The notes under the pieces: generated by a model | What the model saw: only the letters and a program-made list of their open reading frames with translations | What the model was told of the DNA's origin: nothing | The model's database searches: none | Made by a program: the position numbers and the translations under genes | Shown here: positions 44,443 to 54,082 of the stretch, one piece after another | Position numbering within the stretch: position 1 is the stretch's first letter | Layout: the number at the start of each line of letters is the position of its first letter | Assembly (NCBI RefSeq): GCF_026965535.1 | Contig: NZ_CP114039.1 | Location: forward strand, 8,035,461-8,099,460 | Origin: Corallococcus sp. NCRR | Lineage (GTDB): Bacteria; Myxococcota; Myxococcia; Myxococcales; Myxococcaceae | Length of the DNA stretch: 64,000 nt | Direction of reading: 5' to 3'

Positions 44443-45438
44443 TCAGCCGATGCGCTTCAACTCCTGCGTGAGCAGTTCCTCCAGGTGCCGGATGTTCCGG
44501 TAGACGAGGCACCGGTAGCTGGACACGTCGAAGCGCAATTCCTTCACGTCGCGCACCAGCATCAGGGTGGGCTTGCCGCGTCCCCAGGCATAGCCCACCT
44601 CCAGATAGACATTGGGGTTCGCCAGCGACAGGTCCGCGATGACGACCTTCGCGGTGTCGATGCGGTCCCGGATGCGCTGGATGATGGGACCGTCGAAGAC
44701 GGCCTGGTCCACCCGCTCGCACAAGAGCCCCGCAGCCTTCACCGGGTTCAGGATGCCGTAGTGGTAGGTGTCCTCCAGCTCCGGCGCGAAGGGCATCGCC
44801 ACGAAGGCGTGGGGCTTCTCGTGGGAGTTCGCGCCCGCGGAGGCCATGGGCAGCGCCTGCACGAAGCGGGATGTCCGCCGCACGCGGAAACCCGAGGCCC
44901 CCATCAGGGGCTCCACGCCCGGCGTGAGCCCCAGCCCCAGCGCCAATGCCTTGCGCAGCCGCTCCACGCGCTTGGGGTTCAGCTCCACCACCGTGATGCG
45001 CTCCAGGTCGCGAGGGCCACTGCCGCGCTGGAACGCGTCCACGAAGCCGCCCACCAGGGCCAGCACCGCCTCGTCCTCGTCCAGGCCGTAGTTGGGGCCG
45101 TGCACCGTGCACGCGAGGTGACGCACCTCCTGCCGGGACTCCAGCAACTGGAGCGCGCGCACGGAGAACTGGCGGATCTCGTGGTAGCCGAACTGCCGCA
45201 GCCGCACCGTGCCAAGGAAGAGCACCAGCGGGGCGCCCAGGCTCCGGCGCGACTCGATGAAGCGGTGGTCCCCGGGGAGCAGGTCGAAGGTGTCCATGCC
45301 CACGCCCGCCCCCTCCAGCCGGCGCGCCACCGCGCCGTCCGCCCCATGGAAGCCTTGCGCGTACTTCAGCAGCACGGCGTCCGCGGCCGTCTCTCCCACA
45401 TCTCCCAGGTCCACCACGACGTCCAGCGTGTCTCCCAT
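44443..45438 (-). CDS. Two-domain protein with C-terminal nucleoside-2-deoxyribosyltransferase-like / TIR-like nucleotide-binding domain
   Basis: C-terminal ~115 aa read HAFVAMPF...YHYGI...AAGLLCERVDQ...IIQRIRDRIDTAKVVIADLSLANPNVYLEVGYAWGRGKPTLMLV, the hallmark pattern of NDT-like/TIR-like Rossmannoid domains. The N-terminal ~200-aa alpha/beta domain is unassigned. Start taken at the internal ATG (MGDTLDVVV). Confidence 0.5.
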   Translation of the reverse strand: MGDTLDVVVDLGDVGETAADAVLLKYAQGFHGADGAVARRLEGAGVGMDTFDLLPGDHRFIESRRSLGAPLVLFLGTVRLRQFGYHEIRQFSVRALQLLESRQEVRHLACTVHGPNYGLDEDEAVLALVGGFVDAFQRGSGPRDLERITVVELNPKRVERLRKALALGLGLTPGVEPLMGASGFRVRRTSRFVQALPMASAGANSHEKPHAFVAMPFAPELEDTYHYGILNPVKAAGLLCERVDQAVFDGPIIQRIRDRIDTAKVVIADLSLANPNVYLEVGYAWGRGKPTLMLVRDVKELRFDVSSYRCLVYRNIRHLEELLTQELKRIG

Positions 45439-45651
45439 GGGCCCTGGACTGTAGGGCGGGCCGGTCCGCCCACGCCATCCCCGGCGTCCGTCCCGCCGCA
45501 TCAGGTGGGAGAAACACAGACGTCGCGAACGCCCGTCAATCCCTGTTCAATGACGCCTCCTGGCCGCCTGGTTGTCTTTCAGGCCATCTCCACGCCGCCT
45601 GTGAAGCGCTTCACAGTTTCCGCCCGGGCGGGCCGGTAGCATTTGCGCACC

Positions 45652-46551
45652 ATGTCCCTGTTCGCGCGCCTGCAGGCCCTGCTGTCCGCCCACCCGTCCG
45701 CCCCGGCCCCGGCCGCCGGCCAGACGTCCGCGACCTCCGCCGCGCCCTCGACGGCGGCCGGCGCCCCGGCGGAGACGGAAGGTGCTCCCGAGCCGCAGCA
45801 GCCCGTCTGCACACGCTACCTGCCCGCGGGCCAGGTGGTGGTGCGCGAGGGTGACCCGGGACACTCGATGTTCGTGGTGCTGGAGGGCCGCGTCGCGGTG
45901 CTGCGCGGCGGCGAGACCGGCGGCAACACGGAGGTCGGCCGCCTGGGGGCCGGCGAGTTCTTCGGGGAGCTGGCGCTGCTCACCGGCACGCAGCGCACCG
46001 CCACCATCGTGACGGTGGAGGACGCCGTGCTGCTGGAGCTCACCCAGGCCGGCGTCCGGGAGCTGGGCAAGGACTACGGCGTGAAGGGCGAGCAGATGCA
46101 GGTGACTGCCCGGGAGCGCCTGCTCGCGGACGCGCTGCGCAGCAACCCGCTCATCGCCGCCCTGCCCCAGGAGGTGCAGCACGAGCTGGGCGACTCCTTC
46201 GTCCCCTGCACCGTCCCCGCCGGAGAGACGCTGCTCACCCGCGGCCAGCCGGGCGACGCGCTCTACGTCCTCATCCGGGGCCAGTGCGAGGTCTTCCACA
46301 CGCACAACGACGGCCGCCAGTCCGCCTATCCCAAGCTGGAGGAAGGCGCCCTGTTCGGAGAGATCTCCCTGCTGCGCAGCCGGCTGGCCACCGCCACCGT
46401 GCGCACCGTGACGCCCTGCACGCTGCTCAAGCTGGAGCGCGACGTGTTCAAGAAGGCCTTCCTGGGCCAGCCCGACCTGCGCGGCGCCCTGGTGCGACTG
46501 GGCCTGGAGCGGCTCAAGCACACGATGGAAGTCATGGGCGAAGCGAAGTAG
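45652..46551 (+). CDS. Tandem cyclic-nucleotide-binding (cNMP) domain protein
   Basis: Two CAP-family cNMP-binding domains (FGELALLTG.QRTATIV and FGEISLLRS.LATATV). No effector domain. Confidence 0.8.
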   Translation: MSLFARLQALLSAHPSAPAPAAGQTSATSAAPSTAAGAPAETEGAPEPQQPVCTRYLPAGQVVVREGDPGHSMFVVLEGRVAVLRGGETGGNTEVGRLGAGEFFGELALLTGTQRTATIVTVEDAVLLELTQAGVRELGKDYGVKGEQMQVTARERLLADALRSNPLIAALPQEVQHELGDSFVPCTVPAGETLLTRGQPGDALYVLIRGQCEVFHTHNDGRQSAYPKLEEGALFGEISLLRSRLATATVRTVTPCTLLKLERDVFKKAFLGQPDLRGALVRLGLERLKHTMEVMGEAK

Positions 46552-46593
46552 TCCGCCGTCCCGCGCAATCCCAGACAGACTGAAGCCCCGGGT

Positions 46594-47010
46594 CTACCGC
46601 AACGCCTTCCGGGCGCCGGTGGACCACAAGGCCCAGGCCATCAGCACGGGCTGGAAGAAGAGCCGGACCAGGCGCTTGCGGTCCGTGTCCAGACCGAACG
46701 CGGAGAGGCGCTTGTCGTACTGGTGCAGGTTGCCGGGGAAGACCGCCGCGAAGAAGGCCGCCAGTCCCAGCCCCAGGGGGATCCGGTGGCGCTTGTCGAA
46801 GAGCAGCGACAATCCGAGGCCGATCTCGACCACGCCGGAGAGCAGGACGACGAGGTCCTTGTCCATGGGGACCCAGTCCGGCACCTGCGCCTGGAAGGGC
46901 GCTCGCGCGAAGGAGAGATGGCCCGTGCCGGCGCCGACCATGAACGAGCCCAACACTCCGCGTCCCACGTTCTGCCAAGGCGTGGTCCTGGCTTCCTGAA
47001 GCATGGCCAC
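46594..47010 (-). CDS. DoxX-like small membrane protein
   Basis: 138 aa with three to four hydrophobic helices (LVVLLSGVVEIGLGLSLLF, LGLGLAAFFAAVFPGNL). Confidence 0.45.
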   Translation of the reverse strand: MAMLQEARTTPWQNVGRGVLGSFMVGAGTGHLSFARAPFQAQVPDWVPMDKDLVVLLSGVVEIGLGLSLLFDKRHRIPLGLGLAAFFAAVFPGNLHQYDKRLSAFGLDTDRKRLVRLFFQPVLMAWALWSTGARKALR

Positions 47011-47119
47011 CTCCGCTCCCGTTCAATTGCAATCGTTGAAAGGTGCGGTGCCGGAGCGGAGGGTGCAAGACAGGGCCAGGCCCGCCTTCACGCCAAGGGG
47101 GCGAGCGAGTGAGCCCGGT

Positions 47120-47593
47120 TCACCTCCGCCGCGCGGCGTCCTCCAGGTACGCGCGCACCACGGGCATGAGCGGCAGGCGCAGCGCGGTCTCCACGTCGAG
47201 CCACCGGGCCCACACCACCTCGCGCTGGTCGAGCACCAGCGGGGGCTCGGTGTCGAGCTCCAGCTCGACGAAGTGACACAGGTCCCGCTTGAACTCATCC
47301 GTGTGACGCAGATCGCTTACGACGCGCAGACTCGAGGCCGGCACGTGCAGGCCCACCTCTTCGCGCAGCTCCCGCGCGCCTGTCTCTTCCGGGGACTCGC
47401 CGCGATGCCGGCCGCCTCCCGGCAGGGAGAAGGCGTGCTTGTAGGAGTTCTGCAACAACAGCACCTCACGCCCTCGCCACACCCCCACGAGCGTGCCCTC
47501 CGTGTGCGGACGGCGCACGAACCACCACGCGAGCGCGAGGTGATACGCGCCTCGATAGGCCACGCGCATGATGGGATCGATCAGGGTGCTCAT
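47120..47593 (-). CDS. NUDIX hydrolase
   Basis: Nudix box GGGRHRGESPEETGARELREEVGL. The rest of the long 47120..49009 ORF is antisense noise. Confidence 0.8.
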   Translation of the reverse strand: MSTLIDPIMRVAYRGAYHLALAWWFVRRPHTEGTLVGVWRGREVLLLQNSYKHAFSLPGGGRHRGESPEETGARELREEVGLHVPASSLRVVSDLRHTDEFKRDLCHFVELELDTEPPLVLDQREVVWARWLDVETALRLPLMPVVRAYLEDAARRR

Positions 47594-47625
47594 GGGCCTC
47601 AGGGTAGCCATTCGTCGCGACGTGC

Positions 47626-48252
47626 TCAGCCGTGGAGCGTCTCCCCGGCCTCCAGCATCGCGACGAACTTCTCCAGCCGCCGCGCCCGCGTCTCCGGCTT
47701 CTTCGCGTCGTGGAGCCGGAAGAGGATGGCGTAGCGGTTGGCGCTCTTGAGCGTGGTGAAGAACGCCTTCGCCTTCGGGTTCTTCTCCAGCGCGAGCGTC
47801 AGGTCCTCCGGCACCTCGATGGTCTTCGCCCCCGCGTACGCCGCCTCCCAGCGGCCATCCGCGCGCGCGGACTCCACCTCGCGCAGGCCCGCGGGCTTCA
47901 TGCGCCCGGAGGCGACCAGGGCCTCCACCTTGCCGCAGTTGATCTTCGACCACCTGCTGCGCGGCTTGCGCGGCGTGAAGCGCTGGAGCCAGTACTCCGA
48001 GTCGAACGCGTCCTTCTGCCCGTCGATCCAGCCGTAGCAGAGCGCCACCTCCAGCGCCTGCGCATACGTCACGGAGGGGATGCCGGACTCGAGCTTGGCG
48101 AGCTTCACCCAGACGCCCGGCGAGTCGGCGTGATGCTTCTCCAGCCACTTCTCCCACGCCTTCTCCGACGCGAAGGGCACGACGGGGAGCTCCTGCTTCG
48201 CCTTCATGCGGTCCGACACCTTTCCCTGCCCCGCGCCTCGCGCCGGGTTCAT
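47626..48252 (-). CDS. YdeI/OmpD-associated family protein
   Basis: Family pattern (…WEKWLEKHH…GVWVKLAK…YAQALEVALCYGWIDGQK…). Alternative start at ATG 48207 (MKAKQELP). Confidence 0.65.
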   Translation of the reverse strand: MNPARGAGQGKVSDRMKAKQELPVVPFASEKAWEKWLEKHHADSPGVWVKLAKLESGIPSVTYAQALEVALCYGWIDGQKDAFDSEYWLQRFTPRKPRSRWSKINCGKVEALVASGRMKPAGLREVESARADGRWEAAYAGAKTIEVPEDLTLALEKNPKAKAFFTTLKSANRYAILFRLHDAKKPETRARRLEKFVAMLEAGETLHG

Positions 48253-48298
48253 GACACTCCCACTCTACCGGCGGAAGGCAGCCCGCGCGGAAGCGGTT

Positions 48299-49063
48299 AT
48301 GAAACACGCCATGGCCGAAACCACGAACGCCCGCCCGCCGAACGCCGTGCCGCCCTCGCTCGCCCGCGTGGCCTTCCACGCCGTGGCGGCCGGGCTCACC
48401 CCGCTCATCCCCGTGCCCTTCCTGGACGACTACGCCCTGCGCCAGGTGCGCGAGCAGTCCGTGCGCGACCAGCTCAAGGAGAAGGGCCTGAAGGCGCCGG
48501 AGAAGGCCGTGGCGGTGCTCGCCGGCTCGTATGACGAGCGCAGCCTGGGCGGACGGCTGGTGTCCTATCTCAAGGCCGTGGCGCTCTTTCCCGTGCGCAA
48601 GGTGTTCCGCAAGGTCTTCTTCGTCCTCTGGGTGAAGGACTGCGTGGACCTGACGAGCGTGTGCCTGCACCACGGCTACCTGTTGCACCACGCGCTGGAG
48701 CGCGGCGACCTGGACGCGGCCTCGCTCCAGGGGGACGCGCCCCAGAAGGTGCAGGCCGCCATCGTCGCCGCCTGCGCGGAGATGGACTCCCGCCCCATCA
48801 ACCAGGCCTTGCGCCGCATCTTCCGCGGCAGCCGGGTGTTGATGGCCGAGGCCACCCGCGTCTTCCTGGATCCGAAGCGCGGCGGCGTCCGCGTGCCCGA
48901 CCCGAAGACCGAGAACGCGGAGGTGAAGTCGCTCACCGACCGGCTCCTCCAGGAGATGTGGGAGGATCGCGGCTACTTCACCGCGCTGGAGGCCCACTAC
49001 GACAAGCACCTGAGGCGCGATGTCACGCCCCAGGAGCCCCCCCAGGCCGCGACAGGCACCTGA
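48299..49063 (+). CDS. Hypothetical protein
   Basis: Protein-like composition on the plus strand, whereas the overlapping minus-strand ORF is R/G/H-rich. No recognised family. Confidence 0.4.
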   Translation: MKHAMAETTNARPPNAVPPSLARVAFHAVAAGLTPLIPVPFLDDYALRQVREQSVRDQLKEKGLKAPEKAVAVLAGSYDERSLGGRLVSYLKAVALFPVRKVFRKVFFVLWVKDCVDLTSVCLHHGYLLHHALERGDLDAASLQGDAPQKVQAAIVAACAEMDSRPINQALRRIFRGSRVLMAEATRVFLDPKRGGVRVPDPKTENAEVKSLTDRLLQEMWEDRGYFTALEAHYDKHLRRDVTPQEPPQAATGT

Positions 49064-50071
49064 TCAGGGCGCGGGCGCGGCGGCGGTCTCCAGCGGCGCG
49101 CGGATGCGGGCGGAGAAGTCGTCCCGCCCCTGCGCGGCCAGCGCTCGCGCGTTGATGTGGTAGCGCTGGCGGACCTGCTCCAGCGGCACGTCCGTGTCGA
49201 TGATGCCCAGCTCGTACGCGAGCGCGTCCGAGAACGCAGGCATCAGCGTGCGGTGGTCATACGGCACGTCCTTCGTGGCCACCTTCTCGAAGTGGCGCAC
49301 CAGGTTGGTGGTGCAGTTGCTGGTGAGCGTGTCGTAGAACTCCGGCTGCGTGTGCAGCCCGTTCATCCGCTGCACCATGTCCATGAAGAACGCGGTGATG
49401 CGCTCCCTGGACGCGTTCACCGGATACACATACACGTCGTCATGGCGGAAGTTGGAGCGCAGCTGCACCAGGTCCCGCTCGTCGCCCACGACGTAGGTGA
49501 TTTCAAAACGGCGGAACAGGCCGCCCAGCGCGGAGAACGTCTCGCCCTGCTCGCGCCGCACCTCCACGGAGAACACCACGTGGCGGCCGTCCTGGAAGCC
49601 GAAGCTCACCATCGTGTGCGCGGCGCCATAGAAGCCGGAGAACGGCTCCACGATGAACGACGCCTCCGTGAGCGCGTCCGTGTCGTAGGTGGCCGTGTAC
49701 CAGGCGGGGTCCCAGTCCGTGGTGCCGCGGTAGCGGAAGTCGCGCACGTCGTGCAGCGTGACCTTCGTCCCGGCCACGTCCGCCCACGGCGCCCGCGCCA
49801 GGTCCGGCGCCCAGTCCCGCGCGTTGGAGGGCTGGAACGTCCGCACCCACCCGTACACGGACAGGCAGCCCAGCAGCATCACCGCCACGCCCCAGCGCCG
49901 CGACCGCCACCGCCAGGCCACCACCGCCAGGGCCACCAGGGCCCCCGCCACGAGGAGCCGGGCCAGGTGCGGCCCCTCCGGCCCGCTCCCCGTCAGGGCC
50001 AGGGCCAGCGAGGCCCAGATGCCCCCCACGAGGAGCACGAGCCCCGACACGGCGTTCTTCCAGATGCGCAT
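49064..50071 (-). CDS. DUF4105-family membrane-anchored protein
   Basis: Two N-terminal TM helices followed by a conserved alpha/beta domain. The family call is recalled from memory. Confidence 0.5.
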   Translation of the reverse strand: MRIWKNAVSGLVLLVGGIWASLALALTGSGPEGPHLARLLVAGALVALAVVAWRWRSRRWGVAVMLLGCLSVYGWVRTFQPSNARDWAPDLARAPWADVAGTKVTLHDVRDFRYRGTTDWDPAWYTATYDTDALTEASFIVEPFSGFYGAAHTMVSFGFQDGRHVVFSVEVRREQGETFSALGGLFRRFEITYVVGDERDLVQLRSNFRHDDVYVYPVNASRERITAFFMDMVQRMNGLHTQPEFYDTLTSNCTTNLVRHFEKVATKDVPYDHRTLMPAFSDALAYELGIIDTDVPLEQVRQRYHINARALAAQGRDDFSARIRAPLETAAAPAP

Positions 50072-50261
50072 GCGGCCGAGTATCCGCGCCCCACGCCGCT
50101 CGTGTCACGGACGCGGATTCCGGGTGCAGCCCCGGCGGGCGGCCGGGCGCGGATCCGCCCTCCCAGGAAGGGTCCGGATTTGTAGCAACCGCCTACCTTG
50201 ACCGCTTTTCCCCGGGTGTGCGACGAAAGGGGGGTCCCCAGCTTCCAGGAGTCACACCCCG

Positions 50262-50489
50262 ATGAGCGACGAGCGCGAAGACACGACGGTTTACAAGGTC
50301 GTCGTCAACCACGAAGAGCAGTACTCCATCTGGCCCGCGGACCGTGAGAACGCGCTGGGCTGGAAGGACGCCGGCAAGCAGGGCCTGAAGGCCGAGTGCC
50401 TGGAGTACATCAAGGAGGTCTGGACGGACATGCGTCCCCTGAGCCTCCGCAAGAAGATGGAAGAGGACGCGGCCCGCAACAAGAACTGA
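50262..50489 (+). CDS. MbtH-like protein
   Basis: Canonical MbtH signature [50 protein letters not shown], including the three invariant Trp. Confidence 0.9.
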   Translation: MSDEREDTTVYKVVVNHEEQYSIWPADRENALGWKDAGKQGLKAECLEYIKEVWTDMRPLSLRKKMEEDAARNKN

Positions 50490-50550
50490 AGACCGCGCGC
50501 GCTTCCCACCGCGCCCTCCCCGCTTCAACGGGGAGGGTGGGCCGGCCCCG

Positions 50551-51237
50551 TTAGAGGTCCGGCGGAGGCCTGACGCCCAGGTGGCAGGCGCGCAGGGCAA
50601 GCTGGGTCCGGTTCTCCGCTCCCAGCTTGCGGTAGAGCTGCGTGACGTGTGACTTCACGGTGCGCTCGGCGATTTGCAGGTGCGCGGCGATCTTCAGGTT
50701 GTCCGCCCCGCCCGCCACGTACTGGAGCACCTCGCGCTCGCGCTGCGTGAGCAGCAACAGGACGCTCGCCGTGGGTGACGTCACCGGCGGATGCTCGAAG
50801 TCGTTGCGCAAGAGTTGCACCGGGAAGAGGCGCTCGCCCCGCACCAGCGACTGCACCGCGGAGGACACCGCGTTCACGCCCAACCCCGCGCGGAAGAGAT
50901 ACCCCGAGGCCCCTTCGTCGAAGCATTGGGAGATGACCTCCGGCGTGCTCACCGCGGACAGCAGCAGCATGCGCACTTCCAGCCGGCGCTTGCGGGCCTC
51001 ACGCAAGAGGTTGAGCCCCTCCGTCACGGAGCAACCGATGGCGGCTTCGCCGTCGCTCTCCACGTCGAGGATGGCCACCTGCGGTGGATCCGTGCCGAGC
51101 CCGTCCAGGAAGCCGCGCACGTCGCGCGTCACTGAAGTGGAATGACCCTCACCCCGAAGCCCGTCCGACAAGCCCTGCCAGGCCGCCCACGGTCCTTCGA
51201 GAATCGAAATACGAACTGCCGATTGATTCGCTGCCAT
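50551..51237 (-). CDS. LuxR/FixJ-family response-regulator-like transcription factor
   Basis: C-terminal LuxR HTH (LTQREREVLQYVAGGADNLKIAAHLQIAERTVKSHVTQLYRKLG) and a receiver-like N-terminal domain. Confidence 0.8.
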   Translation of the reverse strand: MAANQSAVRISILEGPWAAWQGLSDGLRGEGHSTSVTRDVRGFLDGLGTDPPQVAILDVESDGEAAIGCSVTEGLNLLREARKRRLEVRMLLLSAVSTPEVISQCFDEGASGYLFRAGLGVNAVSSAVQSLVRGERLFPVQLLRNDFEHPPVTSPTASVLLLLTQREREVLQYVAGGADNLKIAAHLQIAERTVKSHVTQLYRKLGAENRTQLALRACHLGVRPPPDL

Positions 51238-51689
51238 GCGATGGCCCCCCAGCCGTCGTGGCGAATTGCTTTCAATGCTACCTGTCGACTTCTACCTGCC
51301 CCGGAGTCGGTGGAACCGCGGCGGAACTTCCGCCTGTGCTGAGCGTGCGAGAACCGCGCTTCAACTCCATCCGGGGGTCCTGTGACTGCTGCCCTGCGGA
51401 CTGCGCCTGCGACTGCCGAACTGGCCCATTCGGGCCGAACCTCCTTTTTCGTTTCAAGCAAATCCAGCCAACCGAGACCCTAACATCATCCAAGGCCTCT
51501 TGCGAACGGACCCGCGCGAGACTGTCAATTGCGCACGGATCGCATCGAAATCCAGGGCCTCGTCCGTCAGGTCGTGATCGCTGTCGGCCCAGGGACATAC
51601 GTTCCGCGTCCACATTCGGATGCTTTCATGGGTGTTTCGTCCAATGCCCGGGCGAGCGCGCCCGCATGCGCGCGGATGGCGCGCATTGG

Positions 51690-52493
51690 ATGGCAAAGGC
51701 GTATGCTGTGCGTCCCGCGCGCATGACTCCCTCCGCCCCCGCACCCCATGTCGACGTCGCCACGCCCGAGCGGGTGGCCCTGTCCCTGCCCGTGGCCGGC
51801 ATCGGCTACCGCTGCCTCGCGTGGCTGGTGGACGCGAGCCTGCTGTTCTTCTTCTGGGTGGCGCTCTACTTCGTCATCACCCTGCTGGTGTCCGACGTGC
51901 TGGGCGCCTTCCAGGCGCTGTCGGGGCTCACGCAGACACTGCTCGCGGTGGGCCTCTTCGCCACGCAATGGCTGTACTGGACGCTGGCGGAGGTCTTCTT
52001 CCATGGACAGACACCCGGCAAGCGCGCGCTGCGCATCCGCGTGGTGCGCGAGGATGGCTCGCCGGTGGGCTTCTTCGAAAGCGCGGTGAGAAACCTCTGC
52101 CGTGCAGTGGACTTCCTGCCGGTGCTCTACGCCACCGGCTGCATCACCATGCTGCTGGACTCACGCCACCGGCGGTTGGGAGACATGCTCGCCGGCACCG
52201 TGCTGGTGCGTGAGGAGGCCATCGACCTGGACAAGTACACGCAGGCGCCCCCGGCGGACGCTCCGGCCCTGGACGCGGGCGTGCAGCGCCCCCTGAACGC
52301 GGAGGACGTGGAGCTGGTGCTGGCGTTCCTTTCGCGCGCGCCCGGGCTGGAGCCGGAGGTGCGGCGGCGGCTGGGAGCGCGGCTGGTGGACCGAGTGGGC
52401 GCGTCCCTCACGGACGAGGAGCGCGCGCGGGTGCTCCAGTCTCCAGAGGCCACGGAGGCCTTCCTGCGCACGCGCGCGAAGGCGGTGCACTGA
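51690..52493 (+). CDS. RDD-family membrane protein
   Basis: N-terminal RDD domain with TM helices (CLAWLVDASLLFFFWVALYFVI…) and a soluble C-terminal extension. Alternative start at 51723. Confidence 0.65.
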   Translation: MAKAYAVRPARMTPSAPAPHVDVATPERVALSLPVAGIGYRCLAWLVDASLLFFFWVALYFVITLLVSDVLGAFQALSGLTQTLLAVGLFATQWLYWTLAEVFFHGQTPGKRALRIRVVREDGSPVGFFESAVRNLCRAVDFLPVLYATGCITMLLDSRHRRLGDMLAGTVLVREEAIDLDKYTQAPPADAPALDAGVQRPLNAEDVELVLAFLSRAPGLEPEVRRRLGARLVDRVGASLTDEERARVLQSPEATEAFLRTRAKAVH

Positions 52494-52494
52494 C

Positions 52495-53505
52495 ATGGCC
52501 GCGCCCCTGCCCACGTTCGTCACGCGGCGCCGGCCGGACTGGGACGCGCTCCAGTCGCTGCTCACGCGCCAGCGCGCGGGCCGCTTGAGCCTGGCGGAGC
52601 TGCGGAGACTGGACACGCTGTACCGGCGCGCGGCCGCGGACCTGGCGCAGGCGCAGACGTTCTATCCGGGCACGGACGCGCACCGCTTCCTCAACCAGTT
52701 GTGCGCGCAGGCGTATGGCGCCATCTACCAGCCGCCGCGCGAGCGCTGGGCCTCCACGCGCGACTTCTTCCGCCGGGACTTCCCCGCCACCCTGCGCCGC
52801 GAGGCGCGCTTCGTGGGCGTCAGCGCGGGCCTGCTGGTGCTGGGGCTGCTGGTGGGCGCGCTGGTGGTGACGCTGGAGCCGCGCGGCGCGGAGCTGCTGG
52901 TGCCGGAGGGCGTGCGGCGCTACGTGGCCCAGGGGCGCATGTGGACGGATGATCTGCTGTCCGTGGCGCCGCCCAACGCCGTGGCGTCCGGCATCGCGAC
53001 CAACAACCTCACCGTCACGCTGTTCGCGTTCGCGTCCGGCATCCTCCTGGGCGTGGGGCCCATCTTCACGCTGGTGAACAACGGCGTGCTGATTGGAGCG
53101 GTGGGGGCGCTGTGCTTCCGCGAGGGCATGACGGCGGGCTTCCTGGACTTCATCGCCGCGCACGGGCCCGTGGAGCTGTCCATCATCGTCATCGCGGGCG
53201 GCGCGGGGCTGATGGTGGGCCAGGCGCTCATCGACCCCGGCGAGCTGCCGCGCGCGCAGGCGCTCCAGGCGCGCGGGCGTGAAGCCGTGAAGCTGGTGGT
53301 GGGCTGCGCGCCCTTCCTCGCCGGCATCGGCTTCGTGGAGGGCTTCATCTCCCCGGGCCACCTGTTCCCCGCCTGGGCCAAGGTGGGGTTGGGCCTGTCG
53401 CTGGGAGTCCTCTTCTGGTTCTACCTGTTGCGCGCGGGCAGGACGGACGTGGGCGTGGCGCGCGTGGATGTGCCGGACGCCATGGCCTCCAGCCGCTTGC
53501 GCTGA
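52495..53505 (+). CDS. Stage II sporulation protein M-like (DUF95) polytopic membrane protein
   Basis: Multi-pass membrane protein with SpoIIM/DUF95-like topology. Starts 2 nt after the RDD gene. Confidence 0.6.
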   Translation: MAAPLPTFVTRRRPDWDALQSLLTRQRAGRLSLAELRRLDTLYRRAAADLAQAQTFYPGTDAHRFLNQLCAQAYGAIYQPPRERWASTRDFFRRDFPATLRREARFVGVSAGLLVLGLLVGALVVTLEPRGAELLVPEGVRRYVAQGRMWTDDLLSVAPPNAVASGIATNNLTVTLFAFASGILLGVGPIFTLVNNGVLIGAVGALCFREGMTAGFLDFIAAHGPVELSIIVIAGGAGLMVGQALIDPGELPRAQALQARGREAVKLVVGCAPFLAGIGFVEGFISPGHLFPAWAKVGLGLSLGVLFWFYLLRAGRTDVGVARVDVPDAMASSRLR

Positions 53506-53963
53506 CGGTGCTTGAGGATGCGCTCGTAGGCGTCGTTGACCTCGCGCATCTGCTCCGCGGAGCCGCCCCGGTCCGGGTGCCGCTCCAGCGCCAGCGCGTG
53601 GAAGCGCGCGCGAATCACGTCCGGCGTATCCAGCGGCGACACGCCCAGCGTCTGGTACGGGCACTGCTCCTGGACGGCGGAGAGCCACTTGTCCAGCCGG
53701 TCCTTCACCTCCACGAAGCGCGCGTCCGCGTCCGCGGTGTCCTTCACCGGGTGCGTGCGCATCTTCGCGTCCGCGCGGAAGACCTCGCTGTAGGTGCTGG
53801 ACACCCAGCGGTGGCACGAACCGCACCGGTAGTACTTCACCCGGGTTCCGGGCTGGAGTGTCATCATCACGCCGCAGTGGGTGCACTCCACCGTGACGTT
53901 CTCCAGTGTCTGCCAGCTCGCGACCGCCGCACCCATGGTGACTTCGACCTCCGTTCGCAACAC
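53421..53963 (-). CDS. DnaJ (J-domain) protein with N-terminal zinc-ribbon
   Basis: J domain with HPD motif (YQTLGVSPLDTPDVIRARFHALALERHPDRGG). N-terminal CxxC...CxxC (CTHCG...CGSCHRW). Confidence 0.75.
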   Translation of the reverse strand: MLRTEVEVTMGAAVASWQTLENVTVECTHCGVMMTLQPGTRVKYYRCGSCHRWVSSTYSEVFRADAKMRTHPVKDTADADARFVEVKDRLDKWLSAVQEQCPYQTLGVSPLDTPDVIRARFHALALERHPDRGGSAEQMREVNDAYERILKHRQRKRLEAMASGTSTRATPTSVLPARNR

Positions 53964-54082
53964 GCCTGTAGCACCGGCAAACTCCCACAGCGGCGGATCC
54001 CGTCAAGAAAATGTCGCGAACGACCCGGGGGGTCCCTCCGGCGCGCTGCCGGGCTTCCCGGGTTTCGGGTAGAACCAAGCCC

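Noticed and set aside
47594-49009. Upper part of the 629-aa minus-strand ORF 47120..49009
   Set aside because: Only the 3' 157 codons encode the NUDIX protein. The remainder overlaps the YdeI gene in another frame and is antisense to the plus-strand 48299..49063 ORF. It looks like antisense noise.
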